A DNA stretch of 64,000 nt from Octopus sinensis (Eukaryota): the NCBI RefSeq assembly GCF_006345805.1, contig NC_042997.1:164486001-164550000 (forward strand). Direction: 5' to 3'. A model generated the notes under the pieces. That model saw only the letters and a list, made by a program, of their open reading frames with translations. It was not told the origin of the DNA and did not search any database. A program made the position numbers and the translations under genes. Below, one piece after another: positions 42,445 through 55,000 of this stretch. The stretch's first letter is position 1. Each line of letters begins with the position of its first letter.

Positions 42445-42889
42445 TCAAATTAACTTCACACCAGAGATATTTTCTTTGTTTAACAAGGTTACACAAAACT
42501 CTAATTTTACAACATACCTACCTTGGACAAGTCCCTCACTGTTATCAATTTTATGTAAATATTCTGTGTAACATTAAACTCAAGTTATGACAAAGTTATA
42601 ACCAAAATACGTATAGGGTATAGCATGGACGATGAAGTCAAAAATAAGATGGTTATGATGTTTGTAAGGGAATTAGAAATGTAGAGAGGAACATAGAGTA
42701 AATGAATAAGAATGATTAATTAAAAGTTAATGCAAACTAAGAGTCTCACATTAGAAATTAAACAATGAGAACTTCAAAAAATATCAAGTTACACCTGAAA
42801 ACATGAACAGAGAAGTTATTTTGCTGAATCTTCCAACTCCAACAAGAGCCAAAAAATATAAGTCAACTTGCTTAAGAGAAAAATCTCCC

Positions 42890-43101
42890 TTAACCCTTTA
42901 GCATTCAGATTATTTATTCAAAAGTAATGTTTATTTATTCACATTGTTTTGAATTAAGCATGAATTATCTTATAGATTCCAGATTTCGATGATGTGACTT
43001 TATTTTTACAATTACAGTAGGGTAGGTGTGACAGACCAGCTCAAGTTGGTTTCAAAATAAAACAGGTAGAATATTTCAGCCTAGTATGGCCAAAGGTTTA
43101 A
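42890..43101 (+). mobile_element. TTAA-flanked non-autonomous DNA element (piggyBac-like MITE)
   Basis: TTAA|ccctttagcattcagatta ... ccaaaggt|TTAA; the right end is partly deleted. Same family as 45614-45838. Confidence 0.65.
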
Positions 43102-44769
43102 GACGCATCTTACAGTTTTCAATAAGGAAAGACATAATGAGCAAATATCACCATAGATACAGTTCCTGAACCAAAGAAAATTGGTCACTGGTGTAATGCT
43201 TTTGATAGCAGACCAACTTGAACAAAACTAATCTAGAGCTAAACAAGATGATGAAACACTGGATGAAAGAATATTTCTCTGAAAAAGTTTATCCAGTGAA
43301 ATATTACTAAACTTTAAATTTGTAAATATTTTCTATCAATTACAGGCATTTGAAAATTAAATTAACAAGTTTAAACTATATATTTAAATAACTCCCTCTC
43401 ATGTTCTGACATCCACTTCTTTCATCCATAAAACCTCTGACTGCACACTACCTCTGACTTTTTTTTTCAAGACAATGCCATTGTTCTCACTCTCAGACAA
43501 AAGGCAGATGCCTGAAAAATTAGATTCTCCATTCTGCACAGAAACTGAACTCTTCTGGGAACTGAGTAAAATTGTCATTGAAGCAAATCACCACCTGCTT
43601 CCAAGGACTAGATTTTATCATAAATTTCATTAAAAAAAAAAAAAAAAAAGTGACACTTTTGACATGAGAAAAACTTTCAGTTACAAAATTACTGCATAGC
43701 TTTAGTAAACAACCTGTATATTCATCCCTCAATCTCATGGTTTCGCTCTCATATATATATATTTGTACAAATATACATAATATGCACTGTTCTTTAATGA
43801 GGCAGTACTCAGTGTGTAATAAGGATCTAAAGTTATTACAAACTTTATTAGAAATATCACACTACAGCTATTTCAATAACATTTGACAAAAACACTTCAT
43901 TGAAACAAGTGTAATGTGGTAGATCTAATAAAGACCGTATGTATATTTGTAACAACAAAATGATATTAAATGTGAAATAACTCAAGAGAAAGAGTTGTCC
44001 CAAAATTAAGGATCAACAAATTTCATGTGAGGCTATTTCTATTTCCTTACAAATTATCCTAATTCTAGAGATAACCGTTTGGGAATTTTTTAAGCACACA
44101 TTTAAATTTCCTTACAGTGACAGTTGGCCTCTCTCCAACTTGACACTAATTTGGATCTGCCCCCCCCCCCACCTACTTCTTAAGACCATATTGAAGGTGT
44201 ATTGAAACAAAACAACAACAAAAGCACATGCAGTACCAGAAAGTGTAAGTTGAGAGTATATTGCATGGGGAGGTTGGCTAGGCATCTCTCAGGGATAGAC
44301 ATTTTTTTCTTAAGTTCTTAACCATTAATTACTTATCCAACAACAAAACCAAACATAATTGTCTAACTCATTTATCATAAGGTCATCTCCAAAACTAACT
44401 TAGCCATATTAACTCTCATCCAATCCTTCCATCCATCCTATTCAATGTAGGAAGATATTCCTGAAATATTCCCCCTCCCGCACAACCTAACTATCTAAAG
44501 AAGAATGTAAGGGAAAAGCGTATGGCAGAAAGCTAATACAGTAGTAGCTGTAAAGAAATATAAAGATGATATTTTGACCCAATGTTCATAGATAAAAATA
44601 CACTAACTATAAAAATAGAACAAAATAGAAGCTGAAATCATCAGTTCATGCTGAGGTACTACTTTGAAGGGAAACTAGTACTTTGTTTTTAAACTAACAT
44701 CAGATGTGAAGTGGTGATTAGGGACAAACAACATAAAGACACACACACAGATAAATACATATAAAAAGC

Positions 44770-44912
44770 TTCTTTCCGTTTCATCTACCAAATCCACTCA
44801 CATGGTCTTGGTTAGCCCAGGGCTACAGTAGAAGACACTTGCTGAAGCCGCTACACAGAGGGACTGAACCCAAGACCAATGGTTGAGTAGTAAGCTTCTT
44901 AACCAGAGTCAC
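44770..44912 (-). mobile_element. Type-A SINE head
   Basis: tttcatctaccaaatccactcac...gactgaacccaagaccaatggttgagtagtaagcttcttaacc. Confidence 0.7.
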
Positions 44913-45613
44913 ACAAGGACTCTCTCAAATCTGATTCTATTCTTAAAAACTGCTATAGTAAACAAAAGTGTGACCAAAAAGAGAATAACTTCCTGCAAAA
45001 GCAAAATAAAGGCTTGAATACATAAATATTAGAGATATATTTATATAGGCTTTATAGATATATGATAAATAAATAAAAACGTTTAAGAGTGTGAAGGGAG
45101 GGTTAAACTTGTATTCTGCAAAAGCTATCAATTACTCTTATATGACACTCCCAAGTAAGATATTTTCAAGTAAAAGCTAATTCGTTTTATTTTCAAACCA
45201 GAAAGATCCTAACATTGCAAGAATCTCATTTAAATTTCCCCCAAACCATGCATATTTAGGGATGTTCTATCTTTTTCTTTTTAAAAATCAAAATCAGTAT
45301 CGGAAACTAAATTGCATGATATTCTATTTTCATCGAAGCAATTCATCCTGCATGTCTATACTTATGTGTACACATGCACAAGCTATTTTCAATATTGTCT
45401 ATAGTAATTGTGCTAAGTCATCCATTTTTCAGTTAATTGCGTGTTGTAGTAACAAGTGTCTATTGCTTCATTCTCTTCTTAGCACTGTTCCTAACTGAAT
45501 GAACATAGCTTTATAGCAGAATATACTCCAACTACAACCTTCATTTTGGAAGGTTGTATCAAACATCTAAGGCTGCTAAACCAAAGAACTACCATTATTC
45601 TCTATAGTCATTT

Positions 45614-45838
45614 TTAACCCTTCAGCATTTAAACAGGTCATATCCAACCCAAATATGTTACCCTGTTTTATGTGCTAACCAGTCAGATCCAACCTATCAC
45701 ACTTACCCTTCAATGCCATTTTAAAAATATATACAATCACATCAAAATTTCAAAGCTACAAAATAATACACAATTAATTAAAAATTTGAATGAAAAAGCA
45801 TTACATTTGAAAGAATAATCTGAATACTAAAGGGTTAA
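45614..45838 (-). mobile_element. TTAA-flanked MITE, inverted relative to the 42890 copy
   Basis: TTAA|cccttcagcatttaaa ... tctgaatactaaaggg|TTAA; TIR 12/16 identical. CCCT termini with a TTAA target are piggyBac-superfamily hallmarks. Confidence 0.75.
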
Positions 45839-46105
45839 ATTACATGCTCCCTTATTCCTTTATCTTGGGAGTAAGCCTAAAGATAATAGATTGGTTCCTC
45901 TTAGAATTCAGTATACCTGATACATACAAGTTACTCTAATAAGAGAGATAAACAACAGAAAATAGAGGCCAGTAGGATGTTAAAATACATTCACTTAAGC
46001 AAATATTTGTTGTGCAAGTTACAGTAAAAAAAAAAAAGACATTCAAAAGAAGACTAAAATATAAATATGGAATTATAAATATTTCAATTATAATGAAATA
46101 TATAA

Positions 46106-46142
<37 letters not shown>

Positions 46143-46747
46143 ACCACTGCAAATAAAAATACTAATAAAAAGAAAAAAAATCTATATTCAATAAAATTTT
46201 TTATTAAAACCTTTTTAACCTATCTAGTTAGTTTTTCATCTACAACTAAAAAACACTAATGGATAAACTTTTTAACCTAATCCTGAATTAAAAACAGCTT
46301 ATAAAATCCCAATGGTTCTTCCTCGCCCACATCAGAGTTGTTTGTTTAAGGCCGAGTCTAAGCAATCAACTCATGAAAGGGGTTTTTACAACTGTCTAAG
46401 CAATCAACTCATAAAAGGCGCTTTTACAGCTTGTAGCAAAATTTACTAATCCAGTAATGCTATTTTATTACTAATCCAATAACTATGATTCATTTACACA
46501 CTAGGAGATAACAAGTCAGAATTTCCCAATTCTTTCCAGCCACTGAGTTTGATATCAAATCAATCATACAGAAAGCATGCTTTATATTAATTAAAATTTT
46601 GACACACAAAGATATCTATTGTTCATTATCTACATTGCAGATAAAGAAAAATACATTTAAAATATAAATTGGCTACACAAATTGCAAGATCAATTACTTT
46701 AGAAATATATAATTTTAGTGTGTATGTGTGTGTACCCACACACATGC

Positions 46748-47115
46748 ATATGGTTGTGTAGTTAGGAAGTTTGTTTTCCAACCAGTTTGGATTTGGGGTC
46801 CAATCCCATAGTGTAGAATCTTCGACAAATGCCTTCCACTATAGACCTGGCTGACCCAAACCTAATGAATTTGATAGACAGAAACTAAAAAGTCCATCAT
46901 ATATTCATATATGGGTGTATATTGGTCTTGTCTTGGCATTGCATGATAATTACAAACAAACATTGTCATTCCAGCTATATCCCTCCATGGGGTAACATTG
47001 TTTTGTTTATAAACAGCTAGGGTTGACAACAGGAAGGGCATCTGGCCATATAAAATTGTTCTCAATGAATTCTTCCTGAACCATGCAAGCATAAAAAAGT
47101 GGGTATTAAAATGAT
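46748..47115 (+). mobile_element. Type-A SINE with RTE-like tail
   Basis: Head catatggttgtgtagttaggaagtttg...; tail aggaagggcatctggccatataaaa...ccatgcaagcataaaaaagtgggtattaaaatgat. Confidence 0.65.
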
Positions 47116-48615
47116 ATCAACAGACATTCTAATTCACAGAAATACAAAACTGTAAATTGACGCTTTTCAAAATTTTATTTGAGAATAGAAAAATCTCAAT
47201 TTAAATTATCTTGCAAGCAGAATTTTTTTTTTCTAATTTGATACCTCCATAGTTGTTTATGTTTTAGAGATGATACTCTTTCAAAGATCTTTTAATAATA
47301 GTCTTTAGAATTTGTTGAAATTATTTTTAGTTAAAACTAAAACACGAGAACTTAATCAGGCAATTAGCTTTTGTAAGATAATTTTTAAATTGTAGCCTCT
47401 ATACCTTTTGCAAGAAATTCATAAAAATATGTTGAAGAATAAAAAGCAAAGAGAGATTGAACAAAAATGTTTAGGAGAGATAATCATTAATTTATTTAGA
47501 CTAATCTATATATACAAGAAAAAAAAAAAAGATTATCATCATTATCTTTTGATAACTGAAATCCAAAGACTAATGAGCTAGATTGAAAAACATTCATGCA
47601 AATACCAATTTTTCGTAAAACCTCAAAAGGTACAAAGAACACAATTCACAAAATAAAGACCAAAAATATTTTTAAAACTCATTAAAATTTATCAAATACC
47701 ACATCTAAAATATGCTATGATGAGATACTTATAAAATTTAGTTTAGAATATTCAATAGATAACAAAAATAAAATGGCAATTTGATAAATGTTTAGAAAGA
47801 AATATTTGAAGTAAAACTAGAAAAATACTTAGTAGATTACTGATGCAGAGAAAACAGAAGGATATTATTGGCTGCATCTTTTTACAGCATTAGATATGTC
47901 AAGTAGAATAACATCACTAAGAAAATTATCACTTTATCAATAGCCAGTTAAATTACTAACCATTCAATTGATAACTATTATATAAAAATTAATAGTAAAT
48001 AAACATATAAACAGTATGTATAAGAATGTATAAGTAAAACAGAAATAAAATGCAGAAATGTTATTCTCTTGAATCTAAGCAAGTCTGAGTTGAAGCATCT
48101 AAAATTATCTTCAACAAAATATTCTAAAAACAATCAAAATATGCTACTGAAGAAAAGAGCAAGTGAAAAGTAGAATGCAGTGAAAGTGACAGAATGGCTG
48201 ACTGAATCACCTGAGAAATGTAAATTAGCTGAGTCAACTACTTAAAAAGAAAATAGCTGTCACAAAATTTCAGCAATAACAATATAAAAAAAATATTCGT
48301 TTCTGAAAGAAAATGTAAGAGTAAACTTGAAATAATTCCAAAAATGGGAGAAAAAAAAATATCGAGCTTGATTTCAAACAAATCTGCATGTTCAAACTTC
48401 CAGGAAGTCAAAACACAAGAGACATGAACACACACAATTAGAAAAAACTTATAAAGTATATACTATCTCACAAATCGAGATAATTAGGGAAGATGAAAGA
48501 ATTTTTAATACAAATAAAAGCAAAACTATAAAGAAGATTCATGTTGGAAATAATAAAACTAATAACTGAAAGAAAAAAAAAAAAAGATACAGAGAACAGC
48601 AATTATGCTGCTTAC

Positions 48616-48676
48616 CAGAAATAGAGTTATTAGTTGTCTCATAGCCAGCCCTAGCACCATTCCCTATCAGCCACAT
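48616..48676 (-). CDS. Candidate alternative RXR first coding exon (MWLIGNGARAGYETTNNSIS + G, phase 1)
   Basis: accATG with an in-frame upstream TAA, 20 open codons, then TCT G|gtaagc; in frame with the 42413 acceptor. No homology evidence. Confidence 0.4.
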
Positions 48677-51600
48677 GGTAGAAGTTGTTTATCAGCAGTA
48701 ATGCTGCTGCTGCCTTTAACAAAATATACAATTCAGATGAGTTTCAATTAGTGAATGAGGAGGACCACTGAAGGAGAACCTAATCAATGTGGAACAAATA
48801 GAAAAAAAAAAATGGGCCCAGCTGACATTTTGCTGGCATTTCCACCAGCATTCAAAAAAAGAAAAAGGAAAACAAAAACGAAAAAGTAGAGACGGTAGTG
48901 GAGATGTAGCAACTGATGCTAGTTGTATGGAAGGTGAGAAGTAACTAACTAGTGTGAGAGGAACAGTTGTAACAGTGCCAGTGAAAGATAGCTTGCCACT
49001 TCCAGGGAATTATATTCAAAATGTAAAGCTCAAATATTTACATACTTAGAAAATTGCTTTTAAAGATCTATAGTTTCTGTAAAAGAGTATCACTCATACT
49101 ATCTTCCTTTCTATGTTCAGAAAATCACATATACAAACTGTCTCTTAGCTTCAAACATTCAGCAGAATATTTGTAGTGTAGCTAGTCTCTTACAAAAGCC
49201 TTAAGAAATATCACACAGGAAAAAGATAAAGTAGATAATATTTAACTGGACAGAAAACAATGCAATTTAGAGATAAATCAACTGAAGAATTTGGGATAAA
49301 AGACAGTAAAAAGAGAATATTCAGAGATGAAAAAATTTCAAATTGTCTTTCAGTTATTTAACATCAAAAAAGAGTAAGCAATCATAAATTGTTATCATTC
49401 ATCAGAAGATATCTTGGAGAAAATTGTGTAATGACTATAAAAATATACTTTTGCTCACATTTAGATAGAATTTTAAAGCACAATTTCAAGAATTTTCTAT
49501 AGACAAGTTACATGTAGGAATAATTAAATCAAGAATTTCTAGATGGAGTTGATATTACAACTAGAATTTAAGAACAAAAGAACAAAGGTTTATTTTTTAA
49601 AATCTATATATGATAAAAACTATTAACCACTCAATTTCATTCTCTAATTTGAGGAGACTAGACAAAATAGGAAAGCAAAATTCCAGTCAGTTTGAAGTCT
49701 CTAGGGTATTTTTACTCATGGGTGAAGGAAGGAATATTGGTAAAATAACCAAATTTTTTTTCTTTTTTACTCTGCCATTAAGAAAATTTTACCTCCAGCA
49801 ATGAGATATTGAAAACAATGGTATAAAAATGATTAATGAAGAAGCTATGAAAAAGTTATATCATTTTTCTCCCCTTTCCAATATGGGAAACTGTCTTGTT
49901 TCATTGTAATACTGTTGAAAGCTATTTCAGTGTTTCAAGATTAATTCTCAAACAGAAAACTTTAACAATAAACAGTGGAGTTAACTGAGGGGGGGGGGGG
50001 GTGACTAGGACAGAGAGCTCATTAATGGAATATTTTGAATCTTTGTGAACTGCTTATAGATTAAAGTAGCTAAGCAACTAGAAAAGAGAAAAAGTCTTTA
50101 AGACTGTTTAACCCAACAAAGAGAAAAAAAAGGTTAATATTTTAATATATATTAGAAGTTTCATAAAGTGATGATTTATTAAAGCTTTCCCTAGCTTTAA
50201 TAAATCAGCAATTGCAATTCACAGCTACTTTTGATAAGGTTAGTCAATGAAAAGAAATAACCTTGGATTCTTAATAAGAATACAATGTATTAAAATTATT
50301 TGAGAAATTCTAATATAAGTTAAAATTTCAAATATCTATGATCAAGACTTTTCATTTTAGTAAAATAGACTTAACATTTGATAAGCTATCATCTGCATGC
50401 CAATTTACCAGAATATCTCACTCAGCATGCAGCTTGTCCATGACAGCTACAGCATAAAAGACACATTTTAAGTCAAGCCTTCACTAACAGCAAGCAAACT
50501 AGGTTCTCAGCAATGAGCTGAATATAGAATTCTTAAATGTTTGATGCTATCTTAACTACATGTAGAGCATTGCTGCTGATAATTATTACAACATCCATTT
50601 TCATTCACTATTTTTTTAAAAACATCCTTTACCTTTACAAATAGTTCAAATAGAATTGGAGAAACATAATTATCATTTCGGTTTACTTGTTTTTGTAATT
50701 ACATCCAGCTGTCTAGCTAGAACTGTATTTAGATCCAAACAATACACGATTAAAACCTAAAACTATTTACTTTAGATATATTTATCACATCATTCAGTTT
50801 TTCCTTTTCTTCCTCAAAATCTTTCTTTTTATACACATGCTCAAAAAGTAAAGAAATTCCAGTCAACACAAATAGTTTACCTTAAATGATTCTAATCAGT
50901 GCCAGCACTAAAAATACTGATAGGCTAAAATATTCTCATCAACATACATTAGGTTGCCAAGGTAGAAAAATTTAACTACCATTGATCTTGTAGTGAATGA
51001 ATGCCATATCAATACAGCCCCACCACTGTTTGCATATTCTACACTTTGGTATTTTATACTCTGAACAAAAGTGTTTTCTTTCTTTTTTTTTTATCTTTTT
51101 TTACTGATGCTTACAGGTCATATCTACTAATAGCTGGATCTTTACCACAACTAGGTCATCTGGATACTGAAGAACCAGGCTTTTTTTTTTTTGCGTGTGC
51201 AACCACTATTTAAAAATAAATCTAATACAAAACAACTGAGTTTATTTAGAGAAGCATATGAATTAAGAAAAATTTGTTTACGTATTTAAAAAAATGCAAA
51301 AGAAACTGCATGGATTATGCATCCTAATAAACAATGTTGCCAACACAAATCCATTAAAAACTATGAATAGATGTATATCATTTATATCTATAATTAGCAG
51401 TTGATTTATTGGAGCTAAAGAGACTTCCAAATTATATCGATTTGTTCACTGTTCCACTTATATGAAAAATTTAAAAACTAATAAATGATTAGACTACACA
51501 TTCATGTCAAAAATAAATAGAATTACACATTTAGTAAAAGATTAATTTATATTTTTAAGAAATCTTCAGAAACAACTTTAAAAAATCTTAATGTATTGGA

Positions 51601-51829
51601 TATGAACCCAACCCCACTCCCTCTGTAATAGGATAATTATAATTTCTTTAACTTGCAGCAAACACAAGATTATTGATTGAAATGAAAAAAAATTCTTTAT
51701 TCATTAATAGAACAAAAGATCTACAGGGAAAGAAAACAGAAACTAAAATCTAAATAATACTCTATTATAGAACACAGGAAGAATATTGAATGAACCAAGA
51801 TGAACAAATCTTTTACTGACTTCATTATT

Positions 51830-52092
51830 GAACTATTGGCTATGCTAGGGTACTACCTTCAAGGATTTTAGTTTATATGAAACCCAGTACAGTGGTACTT
51901 ATTAATAGAAAAAGAGAGCAAAGTAAATTTGACCAGGTCAAAAAAGAGATGAATACTGCAAAGAGAAGATGGCAGTGATTCTGCCAACTTTACCTTTTAT
52001 ATACACACAAACCTACACAGGTGCTACACTGTGAGATTAAACCCAGAACCCACCTTGCAATTGTGAATCACTTCTTAGCAACACAGCCATGT
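51830..52092 (-). mobile_element. Degenerate type-A SINE (tail ~51830-51905, head ~52020-52092)
   Basis: ggctatgctagggtactaccttcaagg... and gagattaaacccagaacc...cacttcttagcaacacagccatg. Confidence 0.5.
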
Positions 52093-55000
52093 CTGTCTGT
52101 ACTTATAGGATTTTTTTCTTCACAACTAATACTATAACTACCATTTTTAGAAACAGTTAAAACAAGCAGTAACATTGAGGTTAGTTAATAAGATAGAATT
52201 TATTGTTCTATTTTGACACATCTTTAAGTAATATATTACCACCTTGTAACTATAAAGATATATTAAGCAATTACTACAACCTTCACAATATCAGATGCAA
52301 CTCAAAGCCAACCCTCTAATTATTAATGTATACGCTATTTTTTTTTTCAGAAGATTATGTAGATGAAAAAGCCGTATTTTGAATGACATAGCAATAACAA
52401 CAATTGCAATAAACATATCTACAAAATACATTTTAATATCTATTGAACAAAAAAGAATGTCAGAATTGATAGCTATGTCATTTTTATAAAATTGTTAATT
52501 TTTTTCGTACAAAAACGTTGAGCTAACATTTAAATTTAAGCTAGTTTATCAGACTGGACATAAAAGAATCTGAAGAAATATTTTCCAAATATAAATACTT
52601 GATAATATGAGATGAAGAGATTTATTTAGCTTTTTTAAAGTTTCATGCGATTTTAGTGAAGGGGAAAATATCTGAAACAGCTGAAATATAACTAAGAAAA
52701 AAAAAACCAAGTTCAACATTTGCCCGCCCACTAATCTATCACTGATAAAGCATCTTTATCAAATTTTCACAAGATCCAATAAATACTATCTTATAATGAA
52801 AGTTTCTCAATCAAATAACAGAAAGGGTAAAACGTGGGAACTTTCAACCCATTTGCAAAATACACCACATAAACATGTGCGTATGCACATACACACACAC
52901 AGAAACATGTACACATACATATAAATACATACAAACACAGAAACATACGTACACATACAAATACATACACACACACGATATACATAAGCATTCAGTTTAT
53001 TTATTTATTTTTTTAGTGTGAGGTGATGGCAAAATATAGTTTTTTGAGCTATCAGAATGTGTAGAGCACAAGCACTCTCGAAGAAAAAGAAACCAGGAAA
53101 AAAAAAATGATCAGAAACAATTTTAAAAAATATAAATTTTTAAACTTCTCCATAAACATTAAGAATGCATATAAAAATATAAATTTGTAAAAACATTCAA
53201 ATGCTGTATTTAGTTTTGCTTTACGTTCATTTTTAACTCACACAAAAATGTAGTTCAATAAAGTCAAACTTGAAAACCAAATCTGACCATAAATTGCTAT
53301 TACACCACCTTTGGTTTTATTTTAGTCTAACCTTTGGTATATTGATTGAGCCCCTCCCTAATCAATCCTGTGATTATTTTTAAAACGCAAGTCATTAAGT
53401 ATCAAACAACACTTTTCTTTAATCAATATAAGTTGATATTAACACATTGTTGCATCATAAAATCCTGCTTTGAGATAAACTAAACATACAAAACTGAAAC
53501 TTATCTAAGTAGAAAAGATTGACAATTTTGCAAATACATTTGCATAATCTAGCTTCTTAATAGTTCTTATTTTTTAACGTACATTTGACCGTATCAAACT
53601 ACTCGATTCAGAGACACAATGTCAATGACGAAGCTTGAAGTTTCTAGCCATCCACCTTTCATAATGGTTTAGCTAACCCATAAAATCTGACGACCAAGTA
53701 AATACAGCTTGAACTCTTCTATTCATATTTGTACTGCTGTTTCTTTATTCAGCCTATTGATTCAATTCTATAACAAGTTTCTGCTCTCGTGGAGATTGAT
53801 TACAGTAGATTCATCCATAGATCGAATATCAGTGCCGCTTTAATATCTTCCTCCCATGCCTACCGCTTGCGCTGAAAATAACGTGATAGCTTTTAACAAA
53901 TTTGATAATCAGGTCAGATTAGGCTGACTCAGGTGTCTCCTCAACATGCTGACATTCGCCAATTATACAAGATACATACTGGATGCTGCATACTGAACGG
54001 TCTTCGTAATAATAATAATAATAATAAAATAAAAAAAATAAGATCATAGTATAATTTTTTTTAATCTCTACGAATGAAATTTCATGAAAATACACTTTGA
54101 TAATGATTTGCTCTTATTTAATTTCTTAGTAACGAGATCTAACGAAACGTCTCTAGTTCTGCATAATTACAATGTTCATTTCGGGAACATTCTTGGTGTT
54201 TCGTTGAGACACTTAGAAGAATCGTCTAAGTCTAGAGAACCGTAAATACCATTATCTTTACATCATTAACATCTCTAGAATCTAGATATTTGTAACAATG
54301 TTAAGTTACTATTGAATAAATTAAATTGTTCTTCCACATCAAAGTATTTTTAAAACTCCACAACGGCCATCATGAGATTAATTCTCTACTTGAAATAATA
54401 GCATCTGCAAGCAAAATCTTCGTGTCTGCGGTGGGGAACAGAATATCATGTAATTTAAATCCATGAGAAAATCTTAAAATGCAGATTTGGGGTGGGTGAG
54501 AGTACATTTGTTTTTTTTTTTTTATATAAATCAAATAGGATTTAATTAGGACTCATATCAACCGGAATAATAGCAGGGGTTGGTTGGCGATATAGTAAAA
54601 AAAAACATTAAAACTAGAAAATGAACATGAATTAATAAAAAGGCAAGCTTCCGCATACACTTCCGACTTGTGACATGCAAGTTTCCTAATGAGATCCTCT
54701 TGATCATCATGAACAGCTCATAGGTAAAGAGGGAGTCAGGAAGTCAAGAGTAGCTAGCAGAGCGAGATAACTAAATGTATATTAGAACAGATCCCCTATA
54801 AACAAGTCATTCATTAAGCATTAATGCATTATCAAGACTTCTGCTTGTCACAGAAGTAAAAAAAAAAAAAAAAATTTAAAAAGGCCACATAATCGTCGAT
54901 TATTTTATTAAAGAGTGAAATGCTCAACCAAATGAAGGAAATCTACATAATCTATGAAATTTATTGAATCCCCATACAATATGAATATCTTAGCATACAG

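Noticed and set aside
45660-45690. ATG GCA TTG AAG G|gtaagt, another phase-1 mini-ORF on the minus strand
   Set aside because: Lies inside a MITE copy. It shows such patterns can arise by chance and is why the other alternative exons are scored moderately.
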